Shown: positions 34,095-45,066, numbered from the stretch's first letter. The stretch is DNA of 64,000 nucleotides from Acidobacteriaceae bacterium (GCA_003139795.1 PLGM01000350.1:10160-74159); one strand, 5' to 3'. Made by a program: numbers and translations. Notes: a model not told the origin generated them from the letters alone.

Positions 34095-34853
34095 ATGACC
34101 ATGGCAAGCGCTGAGATCACGGCAGGAGCGCACGTGCGGCAGAAGCACCTTATCCGGCAGGTACCTGCGGGTTGTGCGGCCTGCGCCAATCGCCGCCCCG
34201 GCTGGTTCTGCTCCCTGGGCAGCTCGGTACTGGCGGATCTTGAGCTGGCCACCAGCACCATCGCCCTTCCCGCGCAAGCTCCGCTCTTCAATCAGGGCGA
34301 GGATGCGCGCTGCCTGTATCTGATCTGCGACGGCTATCTCAAGCTGACGGCCGGCCGCGTTGAGGATCGGCAGATGATCGTCCGCATCGCCGGACCCGGC
34401 TCCATGCTCGGCCTGTACGCGGTTCTCTCCCATGGTGTGTATGAGGTCTCCGCCGAGTCCTTGACCAGCGCGCAACTGCGGCCCGTGGAGCGGGACCGGT
34501 TCCTCAGCTTCCTGCGCAGCCACAAGGAGGCGCAGATGCGGGCTGTTCAGTGCATCTGTCAGGAGTACCGCTTCGCCCTGCAGGACGCCTGCCGGATCGC
34601 GCTGGCCGAGACCGTGGCCGCGCGGCTGGGAAAGCTGCTTCTGGAGCTGGCCCAACAGATTGGGGAACACCTGAACGGTGGGGACTACCGCTTCCCGCTG
34701 CTTCTGACCCACGAGGAGATGGCCTCCATGACCTGCACCACGCGGGAAACCGTAACCCGCACCCTGGGCCAGTTCCGCAAGGAGGGTTGGATTTCGATCG
34801 AAGACTCCCTGGTGACCCTTCACCAGCCGGAACGGCTGCAAACGCTGCTCTAG
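34095..34853 (+). CDS. Crp/Fnr family transcriptional regulator with N-terminal Cys motif
   Basis: cNMP-binding-like beta-roll (LFNQGEDARCLYLICDGYLKL). C-terminal HTH MTCTTRETVTRTLGQFRKEGWI. N-terminal CAACANRRPGWFC (C-x2-C-x8-C). ATG follows GGAAGGGG. Confidence 0.85.
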   Translation: MTMASAEITAGAHVRQKHLIRQVPAGCAACANRRPGWFCSLGSSVLADLELATSTIALPAQAPLFNQGEDARCLYLICDGYLKLTAGRVEDRQMIVRIAGPGSMLGLYAVLSHGVYEVSAESLTSAQLRPVERDRFLSFLRSHKEAQMRAVQCICQEYRFALQDACRIALAETVAARLGKLLLELAQQIGEHLNGGDYRFPLLLTHEEMASMTCTTRETVTRTLGQFRKEGWISIEDSLVTLHQPERLQTLL

Positions 34854-34886
34854 GGAATCTCTGAATAAGTCGAAGTTTTGAAGGGT

Positions 34887-34940
34887 ACGGGCTTTAGCCT
34901 GTATGTAAATGGAATGGAATCAATGCGGGCTTTAGCCCCT
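34887..34940 (+). repeat. two copies of a REP-like GGGCTTTAGCC hairpin motif
   Basis: ACGGGCTTTAGCC at 34887-34899 and GCGGGCTTTAGCCC at 34925-34938. An inverted copy lies at 35681-35693. Confidence 0.6.
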
Positions 34941-35078
34941 GGGGGAATGTTTGCCTCACCGCAAGACTTCTTCAGAGGTTCCCCCAAGAGCCGATCCTCT
35001 TTTTACTGCTCCCGTTCGGCGCGTTTTCCGAGTCCAACAGCTATCATTTGTAGAGCTATCATTATCAGGTAGGAGTTC

Positions 35079-35660
35079 GTGCTGCGTATGACCCGTATTC
35101 TGGCTTGCTTTTCTGCTTTTCTTCTCTTTTGCTGCGCTTCCGTTGCCCAGGACTCTGCTCCGGCTCCGACGCCTGCCCAGCCCAGCGCCATGTCTTCCGG
35201 GAGCCCGGAGATCCGGGAGTTCCAGAAGATTGAGGATGCCTGGTCGAACGCCGTCAACTTGCGCGACCAGTACGGCCTGGAGCTGGTTTTATCTCCTTTA
35301 TTTGTAGATGTTTCCGCCGCCGGCGACATCACCACGCGCAACCAGCAGGTGGCCTTTGTGATAACGGGCGAGGACAAGACGATCCATCTGGATCAGCGGG
35401 TGATCACGGTGCGCATGCTGGGCGACATCGCCGTGGCCAACGGAACCTATGCGCTGCACCACAAGGTCAATTCGGCCCAATTGGACGAGAAGGGCATCTT
35501 TACGCACGTCTTCGAGCGAGCGCACGGCGGCTGGCTGTGCATCAACTCCCAGCGCACGGTGCTGCGGGAGGACTCGAACGCCAAGCCCAGGAAGCAGTCC
35601 AATGCCGAGCTTCCGTTCCACATTCCGCTGTTCAGTAAGAGCGACAAGAGCAATCAGTGA
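35079..35660 (+). CDS. exported SnoaL-like/DUF4440-like (NTF2 fold) protein
   Basis: Signal peptide MTRILACFSAFLLFCCASVAQ. The core EDAWSNAVNLRD...VANGTYALHH...ERAHGGWLCINSQ resembles DUF4440/NTF2-like domains. Confidence 0.6.
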   Translation: MLRMTRILACFSAFLLFCCASVAQDSAPAPTPAQPSAMSSGSPEIREFQKIEDAWSNAVNLRDQYGLELVLSPLFVDVSAAGDITTRNQQVAFVITGEDKTIHLDQRVITVRMLGDIAVANGTYALHHKVNSAQLDEKGIFTHVFERAHGGWLCINSQRTVLREDSNAKPRKQSNAELPFHIPLFSKSDKSNQ

Positions 35661-35676
35661 GGTTTTGCTAGTCGGG

Positions 35677-35693
35677 GGACCTAAAGCCCGCAT
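35677..35693 (-). repeat. inverted copy of the REP-like motif
   Basis: CTAAAGCCCGCAT (35681-35693) is the reverse complement of ATGCGGGCTTTAG (34923-34935). The two copies flank CDS 35079-35660. Confidence 0.6.
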
Positions 35694-35870
35694 GGCGCAT
35701 CCAGACGTTCAGTGAGCTGCTCGTTCAGTTCCGCCTAATCGGGCCGCCGCAGTCTTTCGCGGCGCGATTCGCAAACATAATGAACGAAGAATGCGTGATA
35801 CGCGGAGTATTGTGGGATAGGCTCTGAAAGGGCTCGGCAATTTGCCGCCGGACAGAAAGCGAGAGCAAGA

Positions 35871-36488
35871 ATGAAAGCGAAGCCCGCAGCACTAGCGTTT
35901 TGCTTTGCCGTTCTGTTAGTCGGGTGCGAAAAGCCCGCCCCCGTCAGCATGAAAGATGCTGAGAATACTCCGGCCCTCAAGCAATTCATCGGCCGCACGG
36001 ATATTGTGAAGATCAAGCACTTCTTTACGCCGGAGGAGCTAATCGCAAAGGGAAAGGGGGAATTCATCAGCCCAGGACGCTTGGAACTAGGCGCGGTCAT
36101 TGCCTACGAACCGGGTAAGGAATCGGACCGCCGCAAGGGTGTTAGGATGGAGGTCGTCTCGACCTACGTTAGAGAAAACGAGTATAGCCGCCCCAACACG
36201 CATGTCTCATTCCTGGATGAAGACGAGGCTAAAGATCTAGCTGCCGCGCTTAGTTATGTGAAACAAGTGAACGGGACTTGGGCAACGGCCCCTCCCAGCG
36301 ATGACGTGGAGGTAATGTTCGCGTCAAAGGACGATTTTGTCCTCAGCCTGCTTCCAGACCAGAAGACGGGGAACACCCTGTTCGTCGAGAGTGGAAACGC
36401 GTCGATTTCATTTCCGGTTATGATGCTTGAGGAATTGCAGCAGAAGTTGGAATCGAATCTGCGAACTCTGAAAAACAACGAAAAATGA
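35871..36488 (+). CDS. lipoprotein of unknown function
   Basis: Lipobox MKAKPAALAFCFAVLLVGC. Visibly lower GC than its surroundings. No recognisable domain. Confidence 0.6.
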   Translation: MKAKPAALAFCFAVLLVGCEKPAPVSMKDAENTPALKQFIGRTDIVKIKHFFTPEELIAKGKGEFISPGRLELGAVIAYEPGKESDRRKGVRMEVVSTYVRENEYSRPNTHVSFLDEDEAKDLAAALSYVKQVNGTWATAPPSDDVEVMFASKDDFVLSLLPDQKTGNTLFVESGNASISFPVMMLEELQQKLESNLRTLKNNEK

Positions 36489-36574
36489 GAATGCGATGGC
36501 TTTCCCAGCGACCGCGGCCGTAGCTCAATCCAAACGGGGTCGGTGCCGCCGCCAATCCCGTGATCGTACTGTCC

Positions 36575-36886
36575 TTACACAGACGGCCTGGGCTTATGCC
36601 TAAGTATGACTTGGCTCTCGCCCAGGCGCTTGAAGAAATCAAGCTCGTGTTCTAGGGTCTCGTTTCCATAATTTCCACGACCAGTGGCGTCAAGATGACG
36701 CCGGGCGCACTCACGCTGTGCCTCCCACGTAATCTCCAGTTCAACTTGTGCCTTTGCCAGCAGCTCCGCCATGACTTTCAGTGATTTGTTAGATTTCTCG
36801 TGGAGGTTTGCGTAACTCCTTCGAATCAGTTCAAGACTCGCCAGACGATCTCCATCGGTCCATTCATCAACTGAGTTGAAATCCAT
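36575..36886 (-). CDS. small helical hypothetical protein
   Basis: ATG 36886 gives a 103-aa protein, MDFNSVDEWTDGDRLASLELIRRSY... The longer ORF to 37105 would overlap the mnmG 3' end, so I rejected it. Confidence 0.45.
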   Translation of the reverse strand: MDFNSVDEWTDGDRLASLELIRRSYANLHEKSNKSLKVMAELLAKAQVELEITWEAQRECARRHLDATGRGNYGNETLEHELDFFKRLGESQVILRHKPRPSV

Positions 36887-36983
36887 CGAAATCTCCCGGA
36901 TGGTCCTAAATATTTCCGATCGGCCACGGCTAGGACCAGCGAATCGAGGACGGCTGCCCCTCCCCTGCAATTTTAGCCTATCG

Positions 36984-39002
<2,019 letters not shown>

Positions 39003-39102
39003 CTTGATGGGGAAAGTACCTACAAAGCTATTCTACGGATTCTCTGGCACCGGCGCTGAGTCGCAATCAGCCGGCCACAGTGAGGGTCGCATCGCACAGG
39101 AA

Positions 39103-40755
39103 TTACGCGTAAGCCAGGCGGACCCTTCGCCAGGAGTAGGCCAGAAGCATCAGCAACACGGCGGCCGCGAGATAAGGGGCTGGCGTGCTGGACGCGGCGG
39201 TAGTTCCCATGAAGTCGAGTCCGCGAATGTGATGAAGCGGGCCGACGTACCACCACGCCGTGTAGAGGGCTTCAAAGAATTTGCGGCTGCCGCTGGCTAC
39301 GCCGAGCACCAGGGCCAGGGCGGGGATGAAGAGCGCTCCTGTTGCCCAGGCTATGAGGCCCGCGAAGTCGCGCTCGTAAAGCAGGTGAAGTCCAAGGCCG
39401 CCGCCGGTGATGGCTGCGACGAGCACTCCTGCCGCGTAAGTGGCCAGAAGCTGGCGCGGGACGGCGTGCGGAGCTGAAAAGATGAGCGGACCGGTAGAGA
39501 ATTGCGCCTCGCGGGTGCCCAACTGCGACCAGATCAGAGCGGGCCACAGCCATGCGGCGACGAGTACGCCGGAACGGGCCGCGTCGAGCGGCGAAAACAG
39601 ACAGGCAATGAAGAGTCCGGCGGCTACGGTCGACCACCACCAGGCGTGGCCTCGGAGCAACAAGCGAAGCTCGGCGGCGACGAGCGCGAAGAAACGTGTG
39701 CGCGAGCCGGCCTGCGATCCGGTTCGCAGCAACGGCGTGAGATGGGCAGCGGATAAGTGCGGCTGGGGCAGATCGAGTACGCTCTGTTCGAAAGACTTTG
39801 CTGGAGCCTGTGTGGGCGCCGGCTCAGGGGCTGCGGATTTCGAAGTTGACCTTTGCCTCTTCGCTGTCAGCCAACCCGCTCGGGCTGGATCGAAGCGGTC
39901 GAAGAAAAGAGCTGCCAGCAGGGCAATCGCGGCGGCAATCGCGAAGAGCATTCCCCGGCTGATGAGCAGCGCCGGAGTCCATTTGAGACCGGTCCAGAGA
40001 AAGGTTTCTGTGGTTGAGTGAAGGCCGCCGAGGCTGAAGGACGCATTCCCGTTGTATTGCGGATCGAGAGCACGGACCTGGGCCTGCATCTGGCCCATGA
40101 GCGAAGCAATGCCGGTAAAATCCCTGAAGCCCGACGAGGCGGGGAACCATGGTCCCTTCCCGAGCGTGATCACGCCGAAGGTGATCAAAGCCGTCCACAG
40201 AAAGAAGTAGATGATATTGCCCACTCCGCCGCGAAGTACGGGAAGGCTCTCAAAGAGCACGGCCAGCGCCGCGGTAACGGCTACTGCGCTGAGCCCAAAA
40301 ATGAGCACCGGGGAAACGAGCGCGAAGAGATCGATGTGCGAATCGGCGCCTTGGGATAACTGGATCACAAGGGCGGCGAGGGCCAGCACGAGAACCATGG
40401 CCCCGAGAACCGCAAAGTTGCTCAGAGCTTTGCTGAGCGTGTAGAAGCTCTTGCTGATGGGTGTGGTGGCCAGAATCTGGCCCACGCGGGTTTGGCGGTC
40501 GCGCTGAATGGCGTTCTTGACAATATAGAAGCCGACCAGGGTGAGCCAGAATGAGGCGACCAGTCCAATGACCGAGCCAAGCCACGCCGAGTTATTGACG
40601 CCGCGATATTTATCCAGTTGAAGAGTGAACTGCCCAGCGTAGACCGCATAACCGAGGTACACCGAGAAGGCCAGCGTGAGCAGGAAGCTATAGCGCCGCA
40701 CACGTTCAAGAAAGTCGGCGCGGACCATATGGTAGAGCGCGCGGGGTCGGCTCAT
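39103..40755 (-). CDS. ABC-2-type transporter permease-like polytopic membrane protein
   Basis: 550 aa with ~10 TM segments. ATGA overlap with the upstream ABC ATPase gene. Confidence 0.65.
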   Translation of the reverse strand: MSRPRALYHMVRADFLERVRRYSFLLTLAFSVYLGYAVYAGQFTLQLDKYRGVNNSAWLGSVIGLVASFWLTLVGFYIVKNAIQRDRQTRVGQILATTPISKSFYTLSKALSNFAVLGAMVLVLALAALVIQLSQGADSHIDLFALVSPVLIFGLSAVAVTAALAVLFESLPVLRGGVGNIIYFFLWTALITFGVITLGKGPWFPASSGFRDFTGIASLMGQMQAQVRALDPQYNGNASFSLGGLHSTTETFLWTGLKWTPALLISRGMLFAIAAAIALLAALFFDRFDPARAGWLTAKRQRSTSKSAAPEPAPTQAPAKSFEQSVLDLPQPHLSAAHLTPLLRTGSQAGSRTRFFALVAAELRLLLRGHAWWWSTVAAGLFIACLFSPLDAARSGVLVAAWLWPALIWSQLGTREAQFSTGPLIFSAPHAVPRQLLATYAAGVLVAAITGGGLGLHLLYERDFAGLIAWATGALFIPALALVLGVASGSRKFFEALYTAWWYVGPLHHIRGLDFMGTTAASSTPAPYLAAAVLLMLLAYSWRRVRLAYA

Positions 40756-41645
40756 TGCTGAACTCCGGGCTGGACTCCGGCGCGATGCTGGGAGAGGCAG
40801 TAGAGGTAAGCGTCTTCAAGGTTGGGCGGCACAGGAACGGCGCCGATGGGCGCTGCCTCGCCCAGGATGCGTACATGGACTCCATCGCTGCGGCGCGTGG
40901 TGCTGCTGACGAGAAACCGGCCCTTGGCGGCATTCAACTCCGCGCTGGGAATGACCCACTCCCATACCTTGCCTTCGACTTGACGGAGGAGCGCTTCAGG
41001 AGCCGCATGGGCCACGAGGGCGCCCTTGGCGATGATCGCAATATCGGTTGCGGTTGCTTCGACGTCGGAGACGATGTGGGTGGAGAGGATGACGATCCGC
41101 TCGCCAGAGAGGTCGGAGAGCAGATTGCGAAAACGAACGCGCTCCTCGGGGTCGAGGCCGGCTGTGGGCTCGTCCACAATCAGCAGTTGCGGATCGTTGA
41201 GCAGCGCCTGCGCGATGCCGACCCGCTGCTTCATGCCGCCGGAGTAGCCGCCCAGCGGGCGTTTGCGCACTTCAGTCAGGTTTACCAGCTCCAGCAACTC
41301 ATCGATGCGGCGGGTTGCGGTTGCGGCGTCCAGACCCTTCACGGCGGCCAGGTACTCAAGAAACTCGACCGCGTTCAGGTTTGGATAGACTCCAAAATCC
41401 TGCGGCAGATAGCCGAGCACGGAACGAAGCGCGTCAGGATCGCGCGCGACATCCGTTCCTTTCCACAGGACCCGGCCTTCGGTGGCCCTGGTAATGGTGG
41501 CCAGAATGGTCATCAACGTGGTCTTGCCCGCGCCGTTAGGCCCGAGCAGGCCAAGGACGCCCGGCTTCAGTTCGAGGCTGAACCTGTTCAGGGCCAGGAC
41601 GCCTCTGCGATATTGCTTGGAGACCTCCTGGATTTCAAGTTTCAC
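40752..41645 (-). CDS. ABC transporter ATP-binding protein
   Basis: Walker A GPNGAGKTT, signature YSGGMKQR, Walker B LLIVDEPTAGLD. Confidence 0.9.
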   Translation of the reverse strand: MKLEIQEVSKQYRRGVLALNRFSLELKPGVLGLLGPNGAGKTTLMTILATITRATEGRVLWKGTDVARDPDALRSVLGYLPQDFGVYPNLNAVEFLEYLAAVKGLDAATATRRIDELLELVNLTEVRKRPLGGYSGGMKQRVGIAQALLNDPQLLIVDEPTAGLDPEERVRFRNLLSDLSGERIVILSTHIVSDVEATATDIAIIAKGALVAHAAPEALLRQVEGKVWEWVIPSAELNAAKGRFLVSSTTRRSDGVHVRILGEAAPIGAVPVPPNLEDAYLYCLSQHRAGVQPGVQQ

Positions 41646-41797
41646 GCGTCCTCCAACCCGATCCCGTCCTGATTGAATCTACGTTTGCCACGCGCGGAAG
41701 TTCCAGAACTTGTGCTGATGAATGGGTGCGAACTGCCTGACTCGGAATGACTCGGTTCAGCATAGCAGCGTCGGGGGGCGGGAGGGTGCGCAGGGCG

Positions 41798-43870
41798 TCA
41801 GGCGGCCTGGAGTTCGAGGAGGATGGCGGCGCCGCGGGGCTCGAGGTTGACGGCGGAGGCGCGGCCGTTGTGGTCGCGGAGAATGGTGGCGCAGAGGCTG
41901 AGGCCGAGGCCGGCTGTCGAGCCGGCGAATTGGGCGGGAACGAAGGGGTCGAAGGCGCGCTCAGGATGAAGAAATCCACGGCCGGAGTGGGCAATGAGAA
42001 TCTGCACCCGGTTTCCCTCTCTGGTTGCCTCCAGCCGGATGGTCCTGGTCTGATCGGTTGCCGAGGCTGGAGCCGAGCCTGGACCCGGATTGGGGCTGTC
42101 GACCGCTTCAATGGCAAACTGCAGGCAGTGGATGACCGCCTGGCGCAGTTGCTGGGCATGGCACAGGACCCCAGGGAGCGCCGGGGCGATGCTGAGGCGG
42201 AACTCAATGGAGCGGTGGAGGAACTCGGAGCGGTAGAGCTGTTCAATGTCGGCCAGCATTTCAGAGACGGAGACGGTGGCGAACTGGCCGCTTGGCGAGC
42301 GCGAGATGCGGGTGAGGCTCTCCAGCGTGGCCTTCATGCGGCGGGCTTCAATGAGAATGGACTCGATGCCTTTGCGCTCCTGGGGGTCGAGCAAGGCAGT
42401 TTCGTCGAGCAGCGAGGCGTAGCCCAGAATCACGGTGAGCGGGTTGTTCAACTGCTGGGTGACGTTGCCGGCCAACTGGCCGAGGCCGGCAAACTTCTCC
42501 GCGTCGATGAGCTTTTCAAGCATCATGGTCTGGCTGCGCGTGGCTTGCAAGCGGGCGGTGAGCGTTTCAATGGGCAGCAGGTCGTCGGCGCGGAGGCGGT
42601 CTTTGCGACTGCCCGGCTGGTAATCTCCTGGGGGATTGTGCATGCCGGCCAGCAGCAGCGCGCCTTCGGTGGCCGAGCGGCCGGCCATGGGGACGGCAAG
42701 GGCGGAAGTGAAGCGCAGGCGCTTGAGGTCGTCGCCGGGGCGGAGCCAGGGCTGAAGGTCGAGTTTGAGGGCTTGGCTGTGCTCGACGGCAGGCGGGGCA
42801 GAACCGGGTGTGAGGAAGCCCTCGACGGGAATGCGGGCGGCCAGTTCGTCGAGGGCAGTGGCGATTGCCGGGTCAAGTCCCGCGGAACCGGCGAGGCGAT
42901 ACCGTCCCGCGGTCTGGAGCAGCAGCGCGGCCTGGGAAAAGCGGCTTTGCGCCACCACGGTCTGGCAGATCTCGGCGCCCTGGTGGTCAAAGTCCTCAAC
43001 CCGGCGGCGGGAGAGGATGAGGTTGGTATAGGCCTCCAGCTCGCGGCGGGCTCTGCGCTCGCGCACCTCGGCGCCCTTGTTGATGGCCAACTGGTCTTCC
43101 AGCGCCAACAGGATCATGCCCAGCGCGGCAACCACCTTGGCCAGGACGATGGCGCGGGTGAGCGCCAGATCAAGCGCCGGCGAGTTGGAAACCAGCGGAA
43201 AGAAGAGCAGAACGGGGGCCGACCAGAGCAGGAAACCCATCACGCTCAGGATCATGCCCGTAGACATGCGCCGGAAGACGAAGATGAGCAGTAAAGTGGT
43301 CAGGATGTGATTGCAGCACTCGACGAAAGTGAGCGGGAAACCGGGTCCCATTGTGAAATAGCTCCAGATACCGGCAATGCCGCCCACGGCGCAGAGGCCC
43401 ACGCCCAGCCAGGTGGGCAAACTGCCTTTCGCCATAGCCCAGAAGAGGCCCGGGATTAGAGAAAGAATCCCTACCGCGGGAATGACCAGAAACAGTGGCC
43501 CCGAGGGCGTTGTGCCGCGGAGAACACCGTAATAGAGGATCGAATAGACAACCAGCGGAATGGTGTAGGGGATCACGTAAAGGACATTGAAACGGCCAAT
43601 GCGAAAGCGCAGCGGGGACAGCGAGGCGAGAAACAGGGCGGAGCTGATCAAAATGGAGGTCTGGCCGGCTGTTGTCATCCAGGGATGAGCGCCATCGGAA
43701 AAATTCCACGGCCCCAGCTTGTAAAGCAGAAGCATGCGGACGATGGCGAACACAAACCCGAGGAACCAGAGCAGGGTGCGGGTGTCGCGGAAGCGCAGAT
43801 AGAGATGCCCGAAGGCAGGCAGCAGGAGCGCAGTCAGGATGAGAGCTGGAATTTGGTAGTAATCGGGCAT
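41798..43870 (-). CDS. membrane sensor histidine-kinase-like protein with degenerate H-box and N-box
   Basis: ~8 N-terminal TM helices, a GAF/PAS-like linker, and HisKA-like and HATPase_c-like domains. The H-box reads LAGNVTQQLNNPLTVILGY (QQ where HE is expected). FDPFV and GLGLS are retained. Confidence 0.75.
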   Translation of the reverse strand: MPDYYQIPALILTALLLPAFGHLYLRFRDTRTLLWFLGFVFAIVRMLLLYKLGPWNFSDGAHPWMTTAGQTSILISSALFLASLSPLRFRIGRFNVLYVIPYTIPLVVYSILYYGVLRGTTPSGPLFLVIPAVGILSLIPGLFWAMAKGSLPTWLGVGLCAVGGIAGIWSYFTMGPGFPLTFVECCNHILTTLLLIFVFRRMSTGMILSVMGFLLWSAPVLLFFPLVSNSPALDLALTRAIVLAKVVAALGMILLALEDQLAINKGAEVRERRARRELEAYTNLILSRRRVEDFDHQGAEICQTVVAQSRFSQAALLLQTAGRYRLAGSAGLDPAIATALDELAARIPVEGFLTPGSAPPAVEHSQALKLDLQPWLRPGDDLKRLRFTSALAVPMAGRSATEGALLLAGMHNPPGDYQPGSRKDRLRADDLLPIETLTARLQATRSQTMMLEKLIDAEKFAGLGQLAGNVTQQLNNPLTVILGYASLLDETALLDPQERKGIESILIEARRMKATLESLTRISRSPSGQFATVSVSEMLADIEQLYRSEFLHRSIEFRLSIAPALPGVLCHAQQLRQAVIHCLQFAIEAVDSPNPGPGSAPASATDQTRTIRLEATREGNRVQILIAHSGRGFLHPERAFDPFVPAQFAGSTAGLGLSLCATILRDHNGRASAVNLEPRGAAILLELQAA

Positions 43871-43919
43871 GAAAGCCGTAAACCTCCTTCAGTGCTCATC
43901 GATGGCAAACGCGGTTGGC

Positions 43920-43950
43920 TTGACTCTTGCGGGTGCGAACCGGGTATATA
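43920..43950 (+). promoter_or_regulatory. candidate promoter TTGACT-N18/19-TATATA
   Basis: TTGACT at 43920-43925 and (G)TATATA at 43944-43950. It would give a ~240-nt leader before GTG 44197. Confidence 0.3.
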
Positions 43951-44196
43951 CCGCAAGCCGCCTGCCGGCCCCCACTGGACGCAAGCAGAACACCGCTGTG
44001 CACATGGAGTCCAGAAAATCGTTTAACCGGCGGGATGGGGACATTTCGCTCCGCTCACGGGTTCCCTGCCCGTTGATTCTGGAGCCATCCGGCCGCCCAG
44101 CCTATGCGTCTAACATTGTAGACGAGCGAGAGATCTGAGGGACCGGGCCGGGCGGGCGCGGGCCATTGACAGAACCGCTGAAGGAGAGAAACCAGA

Positions 44197-45066
44197 GTGC
44201 GGAATCGATGGTGGATGGCGATGGTGGTGGCCGCAGGGTTAGCAATGGCCGCCGGCGGGCAGAATAAAGACAGCTTTACGCCCATGGCGCTGGACGCGGG
44301 ATTCGGTCCCATGGACATTTCCGCGCCCGCAACGGCGCCGGAGGAGATCATCCGCCAGTTTGCCGCCAAGGAGAGCGAGTTCCAGCAGGCGCTGAACCAC
44401 TATACCTACCGGCGCGTTGCCCGGGTGCAGACCGTGGACGACGACAACAAGGTGGATGGGGAGTGGTATCAGGTGGACGACGTGATCTTCGACCTCACCG
44501 GGGCACGCACGGAAAAGGTGGTTTTTGCTCCGGAAAACACGCTGGTGCGAGTGATGATGTCGCCGTCCGATCTGCAGGATATCCAGCGGGGATACCCCTT
44601 TGTGCTGACCGCGGAGGATATCGGCCAGTATGACGTGAAGTACGTGGGCCGGCAGAAGGTGGATGAGTTGGACTGCTACGTTTTCGACGTTAGCCCCAAA
44701 GTCATCGAAAAGAAGAAGCGCTACCTGCTGGGGCGCATCTGGGTGGACGCGACCGACCTGCAGATTGTGGTCACCAACGGCAGAATGGTTCCCGACGATA
44801 CGCGCAAAGGAAGCGAGGATCTGCATCCGCCGTTCATGACCTGGCGGCAGCAGGTGGACGGGCACTACTGGTTTCCGGTGTACACCAAGGGCGAGGGGAT
44901 CCTGCACTTTTCCGGCGGCAGCGGCTACATGGCCCAGGACGTACACATCCGGGACACGGTGAAGTACTCCGACTACAAGCGATTCGGTTCGACAACCAAG
45001 ATTATCTATGAGGGGCAGGACATTACAGCGCCCGCGAAGCAGCCGGAGGGCAAGCCGAAACAGTGA
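44197..45066 (+). CDS. exported hypothetical protein (LolA-like / outer-membrane lipoprotein-sorting-like fold suspected)
   Basis: GTG follows GAAGGAGAG. Signal peptide MRNRWWMAMVVAAGLAMAAG. The fold suggestion is a weak impression only. Confidence 0.55.
   Translation: MRNRWWMAMVVAAGLAMAAGGQNKDSFTPMALDAGFGPMDISAPATAPEEIIRQFAAKESEFQQALNHYTYRRVARVQTVDDDNKVDGEWYQVDDVIFDLTGARTEKVVFAPENTLVRVMMSPSDLQDIQRGYPFVLTAEDIGQYDVKYVGRQKVDELDCYVFDVSPKVIEKKKRYLLGRIWVDATDLQIVVTNGRMVPDDTRKGSEDLHPPFMTWRQQVDGHYWFPVYTKGEGILHFSGGSGYMAQDVHIRDTVKYSDYKRFGSTTKIIYEGQDITAPAKQPEGKPKQ

Noticed and set aside
34878-35072. 64-aa ORF MKGTGFSLYVNGMESMRALAPGG...
   Set aside because: It is encoded by the REP-like GGGCTTTAGCC hairpins. 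Such repeat-derived peptides are a known annotation artefact, and there is no RBS.
41747-43294. 515-aa ORF antisense to the sensor-kinase gene
   Set aside because: Gly/Ala/Glu-rich shadow frame with no recognisable domain. The sense strand has clear TM, HisKA-like and HATPase_c-like features.
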